63,555 nt of DNA, filler included, from Octopus bimaculoides (GCF_001194135.2; 9 parts of 9 records of this genome joined end to end with filler, not necessarily neighbours in it), one strand, 5' to 3'. Counted from the first letter of the whole stretch, positions 37,049 to 51,206 are shown. Notes: generated from the sequence alone by a model not told the origin. Numbers and translations are program-made.

Positions 37049-37090
<42 letters not shown>

Positions 37091-37133
37091 TGTGTGTGTG
37101 TGTGTGTGCGTGTGTGTGTGTGTGCGTGCGTGT

Positions 37134-37168
<35 letters not shown>

Positions 37169-37688
37169 AAACAGCGTACAAGTGTGTTTAAGAGATGGCA
37201 GAGACAGACAGGCAGAAACACAGACGGTCAGACAGAGTCGGAAACGAAAAAGAGGGCCGCTATATACTTCCGGCAGAAATGATGTAACCTTGTAGAACCA
37301 GTGAAGGCAGCAAGGGCTGTTGTTTGCTCATCTAAAAATAACCGTCGAATCGGCGATTAGAAACACCTAGCATTAAAGATGGCGAACGGCGTTTAGGTGT
37401 TTCGAGCGACCTAACATCCGGTTGATAGAGAAAGAATAGAAGATAGATCTAAAGGAGATGAAAACAATGTTGGTTAGTGTTGTTGTTGTTGTTGTTGTTG
37501 TTGTTGTCCTTGTTGTGGTTGTATTAGTGGTGGTGGTGTTTGTGGTGATGTGGTGAGTGAAAGGTCTGGGATGGTGAGTGGGGTGGTCAATGAGTAATGG
37601 ATTACTTGATTAGAACGAAACTCGGATCGAAAGACAAATTCTCACATCCTGTAAATTCACACTTGAATGCACAGCTCTGTATATTCAG

Positions 37689-37727
<39 letters not shown>

Positions 37728-37728
37728 T

Positions 37729-37761
<33 letters not shown>

Positions 37762-38002
37762 ATTGAGTGTGAGTGAATGTCGGTGAGTGAGTGTGTGCGA
37801 TCGTTTTTCTGTATGCGTGTGTGTTGATGCGAATGCATAGATAGATAGATAGATAGATACATACATACATACATACATACATACATACATGCATGCATGC
37901 ATATGTATATACGCATGTGTATGTGAGTTAGTGTATACATCAGTTTCTAAACGTGTGTGAATATATATATATATCTATATCTATATATATATATTTAAAA
38001 TA

Positions 38003-38170
38003 CAGAGATGCCTATATAATAGGACATCTAACCCGCCAGAAAGAGCAACCAAAAACTCTATACCACAATTATGGATAATTTCGAAAGGGAATGAAAAATA
38101 AAAACATTTATCAATCTATTTTGTGGCTGCTCTTTCTGGCGAGTTACATGTCCTATTATAGGCATCTCTG
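38003..38170. mobile_element. Tc1/mariner-type MITE with about 50-bp TIRs and a TA TSD
   Basis: TA|CAGAGATGCC...CGCCAGAAAGAGCA...TGCTCTTTCTGGCG...GGCATCTCTG|TA. Confidence 0.75.
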
Positions 38171-38438
38171 TATTTTAAATGAATAATATATAGTCTATTT
38201 AACTAATTTTTTCTTCTCGCTAGACAACTGGTAGTAAATAAAATTTCTAAAAGATGTTTGCTACCCTGTATGTATGGGGGCTAGGAAAAAATAGAAAGCG
38301 CGTTCCAATCTATGTACCCGTCTCCACATGTGTGCCATNNNNNNNNNNNNNNNNNNNNNNNNNNNNNNNNNNNNNNNNNNNNTTAATTAATTAANNNNNN
38401 NNNNNNNNNNNNNNNNNNNNNNNNNNNNNNNNNNNNNN

Positions 38439-38484
<46 letters not shown>

Positions 38485-38496
38485 GTATGTATTTAT

Positions 38497-38720
38497 GTGT
38501 GTGTGTCTTTGTGTCTGTGTTTGTCCCCCCACCATTGCTTGACAACCGATGTTGGTGTGTTTACGTCCCTGTAACATAGCAGTTTGGCAAAAGAGACTGA
38601 GAAAATAAGTACTAGGCTTTGCAAAGAATAAGTCCTGGGCTCAATTTCTTCAACTAAAAAAAGCCCTTTAAAGGCAGTGCACCAGCATAGCCGCAGTCAA
38701 ATGACTGAAACAAGTAAAAA
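38497..38720 (+). mobile_element. SINE family A, 3' half
   Basis: GCTTGACAACCGATG...AATAAGTACTAGGC...GCAGTCAAATGACTGAAACAAGTAAAA. Confidence 0.85.
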
Positions 38721-39796
38721 AATAAAAGAAAGTGTGCAGGGAAATTCAGTATTCTTTTTTTATTGTGGCCACTAATGTTGTTGTAGTATGGGGGGAGCAT
38801 GTGCTGTAACAGTGCATTACAGCATTCTCCACTTGTCGGTGATACCCTTACTCCTGGCAGAGGACACCTTTGCACCAATCAGGCCAACAACCCTCCTACC
38901 CATGGGTTTGTTTTGGTAGTTGTTGCTGGTGAGGGCTTTCCGAGGTCAGAGTGCAAATCCTACCTTGACCTCTTTAGGTAGCCTTTTACATCATGCTAAG
39001 GAAACGTTAGGTCTATTCTTTAACATGCCAGTCCCCACAAATTCACAAATGGATGTAAAAATATTGGAAGTACTGTGATCTGATTGTTCTTAAGTTAGTC
39101 CTGGCATGGAGAAGATTCCAAGGGGAAAACAGAAATCAACTCCCAATAATTTGTTGGTACTATATTTATCAAGATCAAAAGGATGAAAGGCATTATTGTC
39201 ATCATTGAGATTTGAACCTCAAAGACAGAGTGCCAGAACAAATGCTACAAAGCATTCTATCCAATGCTCTGGTGATAAAGTCAGTTCCCCGTCTTATAAA
39301 CCAGTGATAAAACCATGATAGATGAACCAATGAGGGAGCTTCAATGAGATGGTTCAGTCAACTAGAAACAGAAATCAAATTCCTTGAAACCACATTGCAC
39401 CAGTTAAAAAAGAAAAGGAAATGGTACATTAATATAAAAGTATCAGGAGTGTACTGAGGCTAATATAATTCTTATCACTAATGTTGAACACATTTGTATC
39501 TATGCCACAAATCAGTAAATACCATAATGAATATTCAATTGTGTGTATGTGTGTGTGTGTGTGTGTGCACTGTTATGAAAAGAGAATATATTAATAATAT
39601 AACAAAGTGAGCATAATGTCGGTGTTATGAGTGTTTATTTTAAATGAGCAATATAACTCTACCACAATGTTAATTATATTTAGTATTTTAGGTTCAACAC
39701 AGCTGTCTTATATCAAATCAATTGCTGAAAGTTAAACTAAGAATACCTATTTATCTATCTACCTATCGATCTGTTTGTCTGTATGCCTGCCTCTGT

Positions 39797-39850
<54 letters not shown>

Positions 39851-40257
39851 ATCTTTCAGTCTGTCTATCTATCTATCTATCTACCTGTCTATATTCATGT
39901 ATGAAAGGAAAAGACAAGATGCACTTGTATATTTGTCAATAGAGTGGGTATATTACTCAAAGTATACAATATCCATTACAGCTGATCTTACCAATCAGTT
40001 TCACACTGGTTATTAAAATTGGATGTTAGATGACAGCATGTTTAAGTAATAGTGCATGCTCTTCAGAGATAGTAGGTATGGAAAAAGGTCACTATATTTT
40101 ATTTCTCATATCTGCAAAACTCTGAAGAGCATGCAGTATTTTAGTATCCAGGGCAAAACTAATTGATACATTCAGCTGTAATGGATTGGTATACTATGTA
40201 CAAATACTGTATACTTTAAGATGTGTGTGTGTGTGTGTCTGCCTGTATATGCGCGCG

Positions 40258-40296
<39 letters not shown>

Positions 40297-40466
40297 TGGG
40301 TTCAGAACACTTCTGGATTGTCAGATGTACAGATTCTAAGAATAGATAGTTCAAAACAAATTTTAAAATAATGGCTTCTACGTAGGAATATTTTGGCCTT
40401 CATTAAGCAGTTCATGATCATCCAAGGCTGGAACTCAGAGTAAATTGTCAATTTTTGATATAATAA

Positions 40467-40507
<41 letters not shown>

Positions 40508-40508
<1 letters not shown>

Positions 40509-40652
40509 GTATGCGGCTTAGTGGCTTAGGTGTTGCACTCATAATCAGAAGATTGTGGTTACAATTCCTGGACTGGGCAATGCATTGTGTTCTTGAGCAA
40601 AACACTTCATTTCATGTTACTCCAGTCCACTCAGCTGGCAAAAATGAGTAAT
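40508..40652 (+). mobile_element. Diverged tRNA-derived SINE head
   Basis: GGCTTAGTGG A-box-like sequence, GGTTACAATTCC B-box-like sequence, then CTTGAGCAAAACACTT. Confidence 0.55.
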
Positions 40653-40962
40653 ANNNNNNNNNNNNNNNNNNNNNNNNNNNNNNNNNNNNNNNNNNNNTTA
40701 ATTAATTAANNNNNNNNNNNNNNNNNNNNNNNNNNNNNNNNNNNNNNNNNNNNCGTAAAACACTATGTTACACTACTTATGGTATTCGAGTAGTTCTATT
40801 TTGCACTTGTTTTCGCATGTGTATGTTGAATCATCACTTAACTATACTAAGAATAGACCTGTAATATTAAGTTCTTACAGCTTGCCTTGCCTTGGTGATT
40901 GAACACACAAACATACACTCACATGTATATATAAAATACACCTCTCTCTCTCTCTCTCTCTC

Positions 40963-40999
<37 letters not shown>

Positions 41000-41499
41000 A
41001 TATGGAAATCCAAGTTCCTTAAATCCTTTTGCATTCTCCAAGCCAGTTCCTTGTCTATTGAGATAATCCTATGCAGAGCCAATAAATGGTGATTTTTACT
41101 TATCCTTTTGGTAGTTATCGTGGAATCAACTGCCGTTGCATAATCACCTCTGATTTGAAGTAACTTGTATTTGTTTATAGGAATCTACCTTTTTAACCCT
41201 TCACATATAATAAATAGTATTCTTTTTAAATCGGGACATAATGAAAAGGAAAATTAAGAAACATTTTTTGCATATGGTTCACAATGTTTCCAAGCGAATA
41301 TGTTTCGTGTACAGCCGTTTCGTTTTTGTAGACGCTGTACTGTCATTTTTCTTACTATAAATTCATTACATCTACCCGAAATAAAATTTATAAGTCGCTC
41401 CTGATTAAACAAAATCTGTTGTTTGAAGGTCCACAAGTCTCCACTGCTACAGTGTTTTCAGTCGGTATTTTCTACCGATAAATAATATCTCGAAAGATA

Positions 41500-42120
41500 T
41501 TCATTATTTGTAATCATACTTTTGTGAAACGGAAACTTTCTTCATCACGGTCTCTTACCAGAATATTCGAATATTCTTACGTATCATATACAATTCTATA
41601 TTTCTGTGGTTGTGTTTGAATCATAAGCTGGAAAATTGAAATCTTCTGAAGCATTTTTATCGGTTGTCAATATATAATATCTCTCGCTTGGTCACCTTTT
41701 GTTCTTTTACAATTTAATCTTTTAGACGATATCCTGGGTAATTTTCCTAAAATCGGGAATTCTTATATTCTAAGTTTGTAAAATGGCTAGAATTGTACAC
41801 ATGCTTCTTGAAGAAGCAAATGATATATCTTAATGTCTTAGTAAGCAAATGCGTTTCAGAAATAGTTTGGAAAGACAATATGCAAAATTTACTGAATGTG
41901 TGGAATTTACAAACGAAATCGCTATATAACAGTTCCGATTCAAGGTCATTTGGATGTAGCATACTAATGAACACTGATGTTGAATTTCACCAGGTTTATT
42001 GCTTCGCATTCACAAATTTCGGTGTGATTGTAAAAGTTGGGTTAAACATGAATGAAATTAAGATGAAATATCTGGTAGAGAACATTCAGAAGCCAGAGAA
42101 AATTATGAATTTTAGGCGGG
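41500..42120 (+). pseudogene. Highly decayed MULE-like transposase
   Basis: Scattered NGNF (DGTF-like), IGCQY...AW, SKFVKWL and KVIW fragments in different frames. Confidence 0.3.
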
Positions 42121-42134
42121 AAGCTATAAGAGTT

Positions 42135-42635
42135 GGTTGAGGAGTTTCTGTATCTGGGAACAAAGGTTAGGAACACAGAAGGTGATATCGTTGAGAGGAA
42201 GTGCAAAGCGTGGGCGGCATGCCACAGTTTGAGATCTGTATGGAAATGAAACCTTCGTAACGACCTGAAGATCCATCCCTTCGTTGCTGCAGTGGAATCT
42301 TAGCTGTTTTGACTTAGACACTGACTAAAGAACTCATTCAGATCGTAGATGGATGCTACACGAGAATGGTAAGGATGGCTCTGTACATTAATCAATACAC
42401 ACTGAGGATGAAGAACTTAGAGCTGTACGAGAGCCTCCCAAAAGATAGCTCGAAATTAACACAGACGAGACTGAGTTTAGCTGAACATGCTGACCATCAC
42501 TCAGAGTTGATACTGCGCTCAGGGACCCTGTTGGAGCCTCTACATGAACAGACTAGAAGAGTGATGCTGAGGATGATATATGTTGATGCCCTAACGACAG
42601 ACACTGGTCTCTGTGAGACACAGGACATGGCAACG
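42135..42635 (+). mobile_element. RTE-clade LINE fragment (RT C-terminal region)
   Basis: VEEFLYLG...DIVERKCKAWAACH...; NLELYESLP...RLSLAEH...EPLHE...DALTTDTG. Confidence 0.85.
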
Positions 42636-43514
42636 NNNNNNNNNNNNNNNNNNNNNNNNNNNNNNNNNNNNNNNNNNNNNNNNNNNNNNNNNNNNNNNNN
42701 NNNNNNNNNNNNNNNNNNNNNNNNNNNNNNNNNNNNNNNNNNNNNNNNNNNNNNNNNNNNNNNNNNNNNNNNNNNNNNNNNNNNNNNNNNNNNNNNNNNN
42801 NNNNNNNNNNNNNNNNNNNNNNNNNNNNNNNNNNNNNNNNNNNNNNNNNNNNNNNNNNNNNNNNNNNNNNNNNNNNNNNNNNNNNNNNNNNNNNNNNNNN
42901 NNNNNNNNNNNNNNNNNNNNNNNNNNNNNNNNNNNNNNNNNNNNNNNNNNNNNNNNNNNNNNNNNNNNNNNNNNNNNNNNNNNNNNNNNNNNNNNNNNNN
43001 NNNNNNNNNNNNNNNNNNNNNNNNNNNNNNNNNNNNNNNNNNNNNNNNNNNNNNNNNNNNNNNNNNNNNNNNNNNNNNNNNNNNNNNNNNNNNNNNNTAT
43101 ATATATATAAATATGTATGTATATATAGAGAGAGATGGATTGATAGATAGATAGATAGATATAGAATTAACTGAGTGGTCGATTAAGTTAATTTGATTCA
43201 GTATAAGGATTCAAGCGGACGAGAGTCTTATCACTGTTCTTGAAAATCTGTTACAAAATATTCTGCCTCTGCAGGAACCTACTGGGTAGCATGCTTTAGA
43301 GCAATATGAACCATATTTAAGTAGTATCTTGTTGGACAGACTGACAAATCTCTGGTGGTATTAACACTAGAAAATCTCAGCCTAAGTAGGAGATTTATGT
43401 GTCCCGTCGAGACCCTACGGCACTAATAAAGACTTTTACACTAATTTATCATCGATGCGAACATATAAACAATTCCATGAACAAACGTATACAGAATCAA
43501 ATGTATGTATGTAG

Positions 43515-43594
<80 letters not shown>

Positions 43595-45499
43595 TTGAAT
43601 TTCTGCATGCCTGTGTCTCTACTCATCTGTCTGTTTGTCTGTCTATGTGTCTCTCTACATCTCTATGCTACTGCTCGTGTCTGTTTTTCTCTTTTTATAT
43701 TTGTATGTACTTTCACTTTTCTCCCCCCACCCCACTCTCTCTCCCTGTATATATATAAATATTTGTGTGTGTATGTGTCTGTGTCTATATAGCTTTATCT
43801 GTCTCTCTATCAGCCTTTATTTCTTTCTCTCTCTCTCTACCTGCCTACCTACCTACCTACCTACCTACCTATCTATCTATCTATCTATCTTTCTACCAAT
43901 TTATCTCCTCCCCTCTCCCTCTCTCTCGTATATATGTGTGTGCATCTGAGTGTATGTATGTGTGTATCGATATTTATATACAGTTAATGGAAATGGACAA
44001 TGTCATACATACACACTTTCATTCACACATACATGCATACATACATCAATCAACATACATCCAGGCACATAAGACATGTAGATTTATGTATATACATATA
44101 AATACTTTATGTGTTTGTATATATCGATGTATATATATNNNNNNNNNNNNNNNNNNNNNNNNNNNNNNNNNNNNNNNNNNNNNNNNNNNNNNNNNNNNNN
44201 NNNNNNNNNNNNNNNNNNNNNNNNNNNNNNNNNNNNNNNNNNNNNNNNNNNNNNNNNNNNNNNNNNNNNNNNNNNNNNNNNNNNNNNNNNNNNNNNNNNN
44301 NNNNNNNNNNNNNNNNNNNNNNNNNNNNNNNNNNNNNNNNNNNNNNNNNNNNNNNNNNNNNNNNNNNNNNNNNNNNNNNNNNNNNNNNNNNNNNNNNNNN
44401 NNNNNNNNNNNNNNNNNNNNNNNNNNNNNNNNNNNNNNNNNNNNNNNNNNNNNNNNNNNNNNNNNNNNNNNNNNNNNNNNNNNNNNNNNNNNNNNNNNNN
44501 NNNNNNNNNNNNNNNNNNNNNNNNNNNNNNNNNNNNNNNNNNNNNNNNNNNNNNNNNNNNNNNNNNNNNNNNNNNNNNNNNNNNNNNNNNNNNNNNNNNN
44601 NNNNNNNNNNNNNNNNNNNNNNNNNNNNNNNNNNNNNNNNNNNNNNNNNNNNNNNNNNNNNNNNNNNNNNNNNNNNNNNNNNNNNNNNNNNNNNNNNNNN
44701 NNNNNNNNNNNNNNNNNNNNNNNNNNNNNNNNNNNNNNNNNNNNNNNNNNNNNNNNNNNNNNNNNNNNNNNNNNNNNNNNNNNNNNNNNNNNNNNNNNNN
44801 NNNNNNNNNNNNNNNNNNNNNNNNNNNNNNNNNNNNNNNNNNNNNNNNNNNNNNNNNNNNNNNNNNNNNNNNNNNNNNNNNNNNNNNNNNNNNNNNNNNN
44901 NNNNNNNNNNNNNNNNNNNNNNNNNNNNNNNNNNNNNNNNNNNNNNNNNNNNNNNNNNNNNNNNNNNNNNNNNNNNNNNNNNNNNATTTATTTAAGTAAT
45001 GCGAGCATTACCTTAAATGCAATATGAAGAGCAATCTTCAGCTGCACGAAAATGCAGAAGAATTACTGTAGAAAAGACATATTATAAATGTGGCAACATT
45101 TCAAATCCAAGTGGGAGAGAGAATACATAAAAATCCAAACGTGAGGAAGAATACATAAGTCCATCTTGACATAGCCGAGTCTATCAGGCTAGTAATTGAT
45201 TCTAGAATCAATTACTTAAATAAATTGAAGTAGCATGAAACGTGCGAACTGCAATCATCTTTGAAATCCGTGTTGCTTATTTTTTGTTTTTGATCACCTA
45301 TCCTTTTGGGATACGATATTCGGGTACCTACGCATAAGTACCATATNNNNNNNNNNTTGCTTATTTTTTGTTTTTGATCACCTATCCTTTTGGGATACGA
45401 TATTCGGGTACCTACGCATAAGTACCATATTCAACCTTGAATCTATATCTAAACCGTCTATATATATATATATAATCGTCCTCCATGATTTATCGCTGA

Positions 45500-45640
45500 A
45501 TTCACAAGTTTATTTCCTGTTTATTTCCTCGAGTTCCTTTATGTTGAAGAGCGTAGACTCGAAACATAGAAGACTTTCTCACCTTCCCGAGCGGCAAAAC
45601 AATATACCTGCTTGTTGTTTATACACCTGTATTTGTGTTT
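45500..45640 (+). mobile_element. Dispersed repeat with HHR-like motif at 45537-45572
   Basis: CTTT ATGTTGA A GAGC GTAG ACTC GAAAC ATA GAAG; homologous to 18640-18790. Confidence 0.6.
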
Positions 45641-46149
45641 ATATAATACGCATATACATTACTTGCATACATATATGCATATAATGCGTGTGTGTTTGTG
45701 TGTGTGTGTGAGTGTGTGTGTGTGTTTATGTACGTAAGACCTGCCCATCACAATGTTACCTACAACATAATTATCAATCAGCAAAGCTCAGTTTACCCCA
45801 GGAAATTTTAACTTAGCATGGGCTATATAAAGCCAAGATGGACCCAAATGTTCCACAATCCGACGGGGCTCCATTTGCGGGAACTTCGAAGTCACTCTCA
45901 ATGCTATTCTTGTTAAAGTATAATAAAAATTTGTACTCTAGCAAAAGTATTGAATAATCCTTCAGTTTAATGTAAAATTGTATTTATAATTTAACGTAAA
46001 AATAATCATTAATAATATATATATATATATATGTGTGTGTCTGTGTATGCATTTATATATATATAATTCGCATCACTATAGTGACAAACAATATCGTAGG
46101 TATTTCCCAATACATTACTTTTAACCTTGGAGCCAACTTATTCAAACCT

Positions 46150-46945
46150 TATCAGAAATTTAATGGAACACTCGTCAAGGTCTCTTCTCAATCATGTCTC
46201 TCGTAGATGATTGTCAAGTGTCTTGTCAATAATATAAACATTAAAATATTAAAACAGTTGGCGAATAAGCATTTTTCCAATAATGCAACCCATTATTATA
46301 ATGATGCCCTGCAGGACAGTGGATTAAAATATAAGATAACTTTTACATACAATCAATAACACACAAAGCCTTAGATAACCTAAAAAGAGACCTCATAACT
46401 TACATGTTTTCCTTAAATTTTTCACCTGATGTAAAATTCAATATGACTAAAGGCTGTATGAACTTGACAGAGTAATGTTTCTCCTTTAACAATACACGGA
46501 AGTTGTTCAATAGACATACCGTTAAAATAAGTTATAGTTGTGCTGCAAATATGAAAATATATCGTATGCACTCTCAATCATATTTACAGAAAGCTGTTCC
46601 TTCAAAAGAACGAACTGATTGCTTAATATAAGTGTGTTGCAATACTAGTTTTGTTTTCAACATAGACGTAGGACTTTTGCATCCCAACCGGTAGAGATGC
46701 AGAGATGACAGAGTGTAAGATAAGTTATTGTAACCACCTATAAATTTCTTGAAGTATTGCAAGATATAACAAAACTAAGCTTTCCAGTTATATTCGATCT
46801 CAAATTATAGTTCGGAATGAAACATGAAGGACATGTAAAAAGGATGGAAAGAAATGCAGTACAAGCTCTGCTGAAAAGAAAAAAGTCCCGTAATACTAAA
46901 ATATTCAAATCAATCTGCTACTTTCATCTCAGAGACAAAATGCAC
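46150..46945 (+). mobile_element. Penelope-like element relic (RT thumb, linker, GIY-YIG)
   Basis: HYYNDALQDSG, KLFNRHTVKISYSCAANM, YNKTKLSSYI and GKKCS...EK in broken frames. Confidence 0.7.
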
Positions 46946-47500
46946 GGAACATTTACACACAAAAGGGAATACACTGTGTGACCTAGGGCTGGAAATGACA
47001 TGCTAAAACTGTTGCAATTCGACATATGAATAGAAAACATGAGCGTCAAAGTTCTTGGGAGAAGAATAGGTTTTAATGGAAAGTGTAGGAACTGCAGTAG
47101 AAGGTATAACATCGTCGATAACAGAAGAAGATATGAATAATTCGTGTGAGACTAAAGGAGGAGATACTATATTTCCGAAGAGACCCTAAAAATTGCAGCT
47201 GGAAATACAGAGACAGGAAACAGCACGAGGTCTGGGAACTCTAGGTTCCAGAGTGCTAGTAGGTGACTTAATGCAGTCCAGCCGGAGTTCTAAGATTTCA
47301 TTGTGAAGCTGTACTGTAAATTATCAGAAATTCGTGGATATATATACTGAACTAGAGGGCCTGCTTTTAAGATGCGGTCCTAGTTGTGTTAAGGGTGTGC
47401 TTCGAGATATATGGAATACATTGTTTTTGGCGTTCTATATATACATAACACAAACACCACGTATGAGTAAAACGCAAGATTAGATAGTGAATTCTGTATC

Positions 47501-47541
47501 AGTCTGATGAAGGGGAGTAGAGCCGAGTCTTCGAAGTCACT
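47501..47541 (+). ncRNA. Decayed HHR-like motif in the presumed pLTR of the 46150 PLE
   Basis: AGT CTGATGA A GGGG...CTTC GAA[AC missing]GTC ACT. Confidence 0.45.
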
Positions 47542-47747
47542 TCAGACTCCTGCTTGTATACGTTAGCAAATATATGATTCGTAAAAAAAAAAAAGTATTG
47601 AGTCATCATCAAATTCAATTTCAACTTCTTCCTATGCATCACTTGACATGAAATTAAACACACACAAAACTACATGCAAATAGAGAGCTAGCTAGCTAGA
47701 TAGATAGATAGATACATACATACATACACATACACATACATACATAA

Positions 47748-47787
<40 letters not shown>

Positions 47788-47885
47788 GTGTATACATGCA
47801 CGTATATAAATACATGAATATATATATATATGTATATGCATATATATATATATGTATGTATATAAATATATATACATGTATATGC

Positions 47886-47928
<43 letters not shown>

Positions 47929-48524
47929 TATAATCGAAAAAGTTCGTTATAGGTATAAAGATACCATAANNNNNNNNNNTTATAGGTATAAAGATACCAT
48001 AAACAATTATAAAAATGAAGAAAAGATGTTTAAAAATCAATATATATATAGACACATACATACACAGATATATAAGTGTTAATATATACGTATGTATATC
48101 TACCCTTTGCATATATATGTGCGTGTGCACGCACGTGAGTATGTGCCAGCCTCGTAGCCGTATTCGTGATATTTCAATTTCCGTTCCACCATCCTCGAAA
48201 CGTTGTCGAAGATAAAATTTTGCATAACTATTGGTCACAGTTGTAATAAATGACACAATTTCGGTGATACACGCACGCCCCCCCCCCATACATATGTATG
48301 TGTGTATATATGTGTGTGTGTACATATGTACATGCATATATATATATATACTTACGTACATGCACACCCACTTATATATAAACATATATGGATATATACA
48401 TAAGTTTCTATCCAACTATCTATCTATCCATCTGTCTATCTACCTAGCTACCTAGCTACCTACCTTCCTACCTACATTCCTACCTACCTACCTACCTATC
48501 TATCTATCTCTCGATCTATATATC

Positions 48525-48573
<49 letters not shown>

Positions 48574-48636
48574 CTTTCTAGCCATCCGTCCATTCACCCA
48601 TCCTCACATACATGCGTATGTATTTATGTATGTATG

Positions 48637-48693
<57 letters not shown>

Positions 48694-48772
48694 TTATAGA
48701 TGCACACGTGCTTACAAATCTATAAAGGTATATACCCACACACACGCACATAATACATACACAGACACACAT

Positions 48773-48806
<34 letters not shown>

Positions 48807-48999
48807 TCTCTCTCTCTCTCTCACATACACACACACACACACACGCACACACACCACACTCACACGTAGTCATGCTCACACATTCATATCTAGGCATTCA
48901 TCAGTTTGAACTTTATTCCCAATAAGCTGATTAACTCTGTCACTCCTTATAAAAACAAATAAAGAAGCCATTCGTATCCATTGTATCTCTATAGATAAC

Positions 49000-49390
49000 C
49001 ATTAATTTCTTTTCTCATTCAGACCATCCCTACCTTGATAATTTCTCCAAACATGACCGTCCCTCCCAGTTTAGGTAACAATCACCTTCAAACACGATAA
49101 TTCAATATTATCTCCTAACTGGATTTAAGTACTACATTATTCCAGGTTCAGCTTTGTCGGAAGCCATTTCGGGAACCTTAAAATGTGATACCTCTCATCG
49201 TTTAACACCCACCCTTTTTGCAACATTTCATCTGTGTAAGTATTAATAGAACACTTTGCCAATCTAATCGTGTCCATCCTGTCTTTCATACAGCCACTTT
49301 TCACCTTAACTCGCATTATAACCTTTGAGGTGCCCATCGTATCTAAGACGGTAGCGGTTATAATTTGATTTAGGATCAGTTCCGATTTAG
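49000..49390 (-). mobile_element. Possible LINE ORF1 relic
   Basis: Weak similarity to 31594-32290 (TIRLAKCSI...WLP...KVIV...GH). Confidence 0.25.
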
Positions 49391-49627
49391 CTGTTATTTC
49401 TAGCAATGTCAATGGATCGACCGATTAGATAAAGGGAGTTGTCTCATTGTTGATGTAGCTAGTTAACTGAAATTGGCCTTAGCGTTGCTTATATGAACTC
49501 TTACACATATTTTTGACAACCGGAAGCTCTTTCTAACACTTAGATATTTAGACATGTCAATATGTCAAAACGAGTCAGCGAAGGCAGACACACATTTAAG
49601 ATAATAATAATAATAATGATAATAATG

Positions 49628-49664
<37 letters not shown>

Positions 49665-50289
49665 TAATAATAGATTACAAAAACATGAATAAATAATATA
49701 AAAGAAAGCGAGAATGAGAAAAGTAAATATTTACATTCTGACGTCTTAACAATGACAGTGATTTCACTAAAAATGGCGACAGAGTTTATTCAGTTATTTT
49801 TTTTTGTTTATTTATTTATAGCTTTTCTTTTTGTTTATATGTCTATATGTGAACTATAGCGTCGTTTCTCACAAATTGTTTCCACTGAGTCCATACTGAC
49901 GATTAAATAAACTGCAATTTTAACGGTCACAGTGATATAGAAATTTCCACCCAATCACAAGCAGTGTTTCGATCGTAAAGCGCCAACTTGTTTCTTTCTA
50001 CAGATTTTAAAATGGATATGTATATGTGTTGTGCATATATATATATATATTCTTTTATTCCTTTCTACGTTTTAGCTCCAATGTTGTTCCCATACTGGGG
50101 CAATATATATATTGGCAAATTGAAAATTAAAAATTCCTTACAACAGAACGACAATAATCAAAATGTCGTTCACATTTCATGTATTAGCTTGAAACTCAGT
50201 AATTGTCAAAGAGAGATTATATGTATAACTTGGAATTTTTTTCCGCTGCGCTAACTATTCTGGCTGCTTACCGCCTTAACCAATATTAA

Positions 50290-50730
50290 TGATAATCCTG
50301 TCTATTATGGGTACAAAGCCTGAAGATTTTGTGGTAAGGAACTAGTCATTTACCTCGGCCTCAGTTCTCAACTGGCGCTTGTGTTCTGAAAAATTAAAAT
50401 ATGAAATTCAAAGACGACCTGGGGGAATTCGAACACAGGACGTTAAGACAGACAAGAAACTACTAAGCAGTGCGCCCGGTGTGCTAACGATTCTGCTAGC
50501 TCGTTGTCATAATATGCATATATAAGATACTGATTTCAAGTTTTGGTTCAAGACCAGCATTTTTGAGGGAAGCGGGTAAATTGATTACAACGACCCAGGA
50601 CTCATTCTATCGATCTCGAAAGAACGAAAAGTGGACCTCGGCAGGAATCTGAACTCAGAACGTAAAAACAGACATGTCGCTAAGCATTTCTCCCGGCATG
50701 TTAGCAATTTTGTCAGCTCGGCTCCTTAAC
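50290..50730 (-). mobile_element. Two tandem diverged SINE family B copies
   Basis: GACCT.GG.GGAAT..GAAC.CAG.ACGT.A...CTAAGCA...GC(T)AAC.ATT.TG..AGCTCG appears twice. Confidence 0.6.
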
Positions 50731-51154
50731 ATACACATATAAGATAAAATGTGATTTTGAAGAGATTTCGTTGCTATTTCTAGCAGGACAAACTGCTATA
50801 TGGATATTTCGTTAAACAAGTAAAAAAAGGTACGCCGGGAATTCCTGCACTGTGTCCGTATTATTTGTCTGTGGGTTTAGATCTGAAGGTCAGGATTGAT
50901 TAATAGGTAAATGACAGGACGAAAGAAACACACGGTTCATATTTATATAGGTGTTTGGGGTGGGGAATTATATTTACTGAACGTTGTTATGTTTTTTTGT
51001 TTTACTTTTGTTGTATGTTTCCTTTGTTTACCTGTTGATTTGTCTGTCGATTTCTTTATCCCCTTGCAGAAGACGTCACTAAGTGCATGGGAAGATCTCT
51101 CTACGTCAACCTGGAATTTACATAGCGGTTAACACGGTAACCAGGTCGTGCATA

Positions 51155-51206
<52 letters not shown>

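Noticed and set aside
45273-45430. Exact duplication of about 70 bp either side of a 10-N gap (also 47947-48002)
   Set aside because: Typical unmerged contig overlap; assembly artefact.
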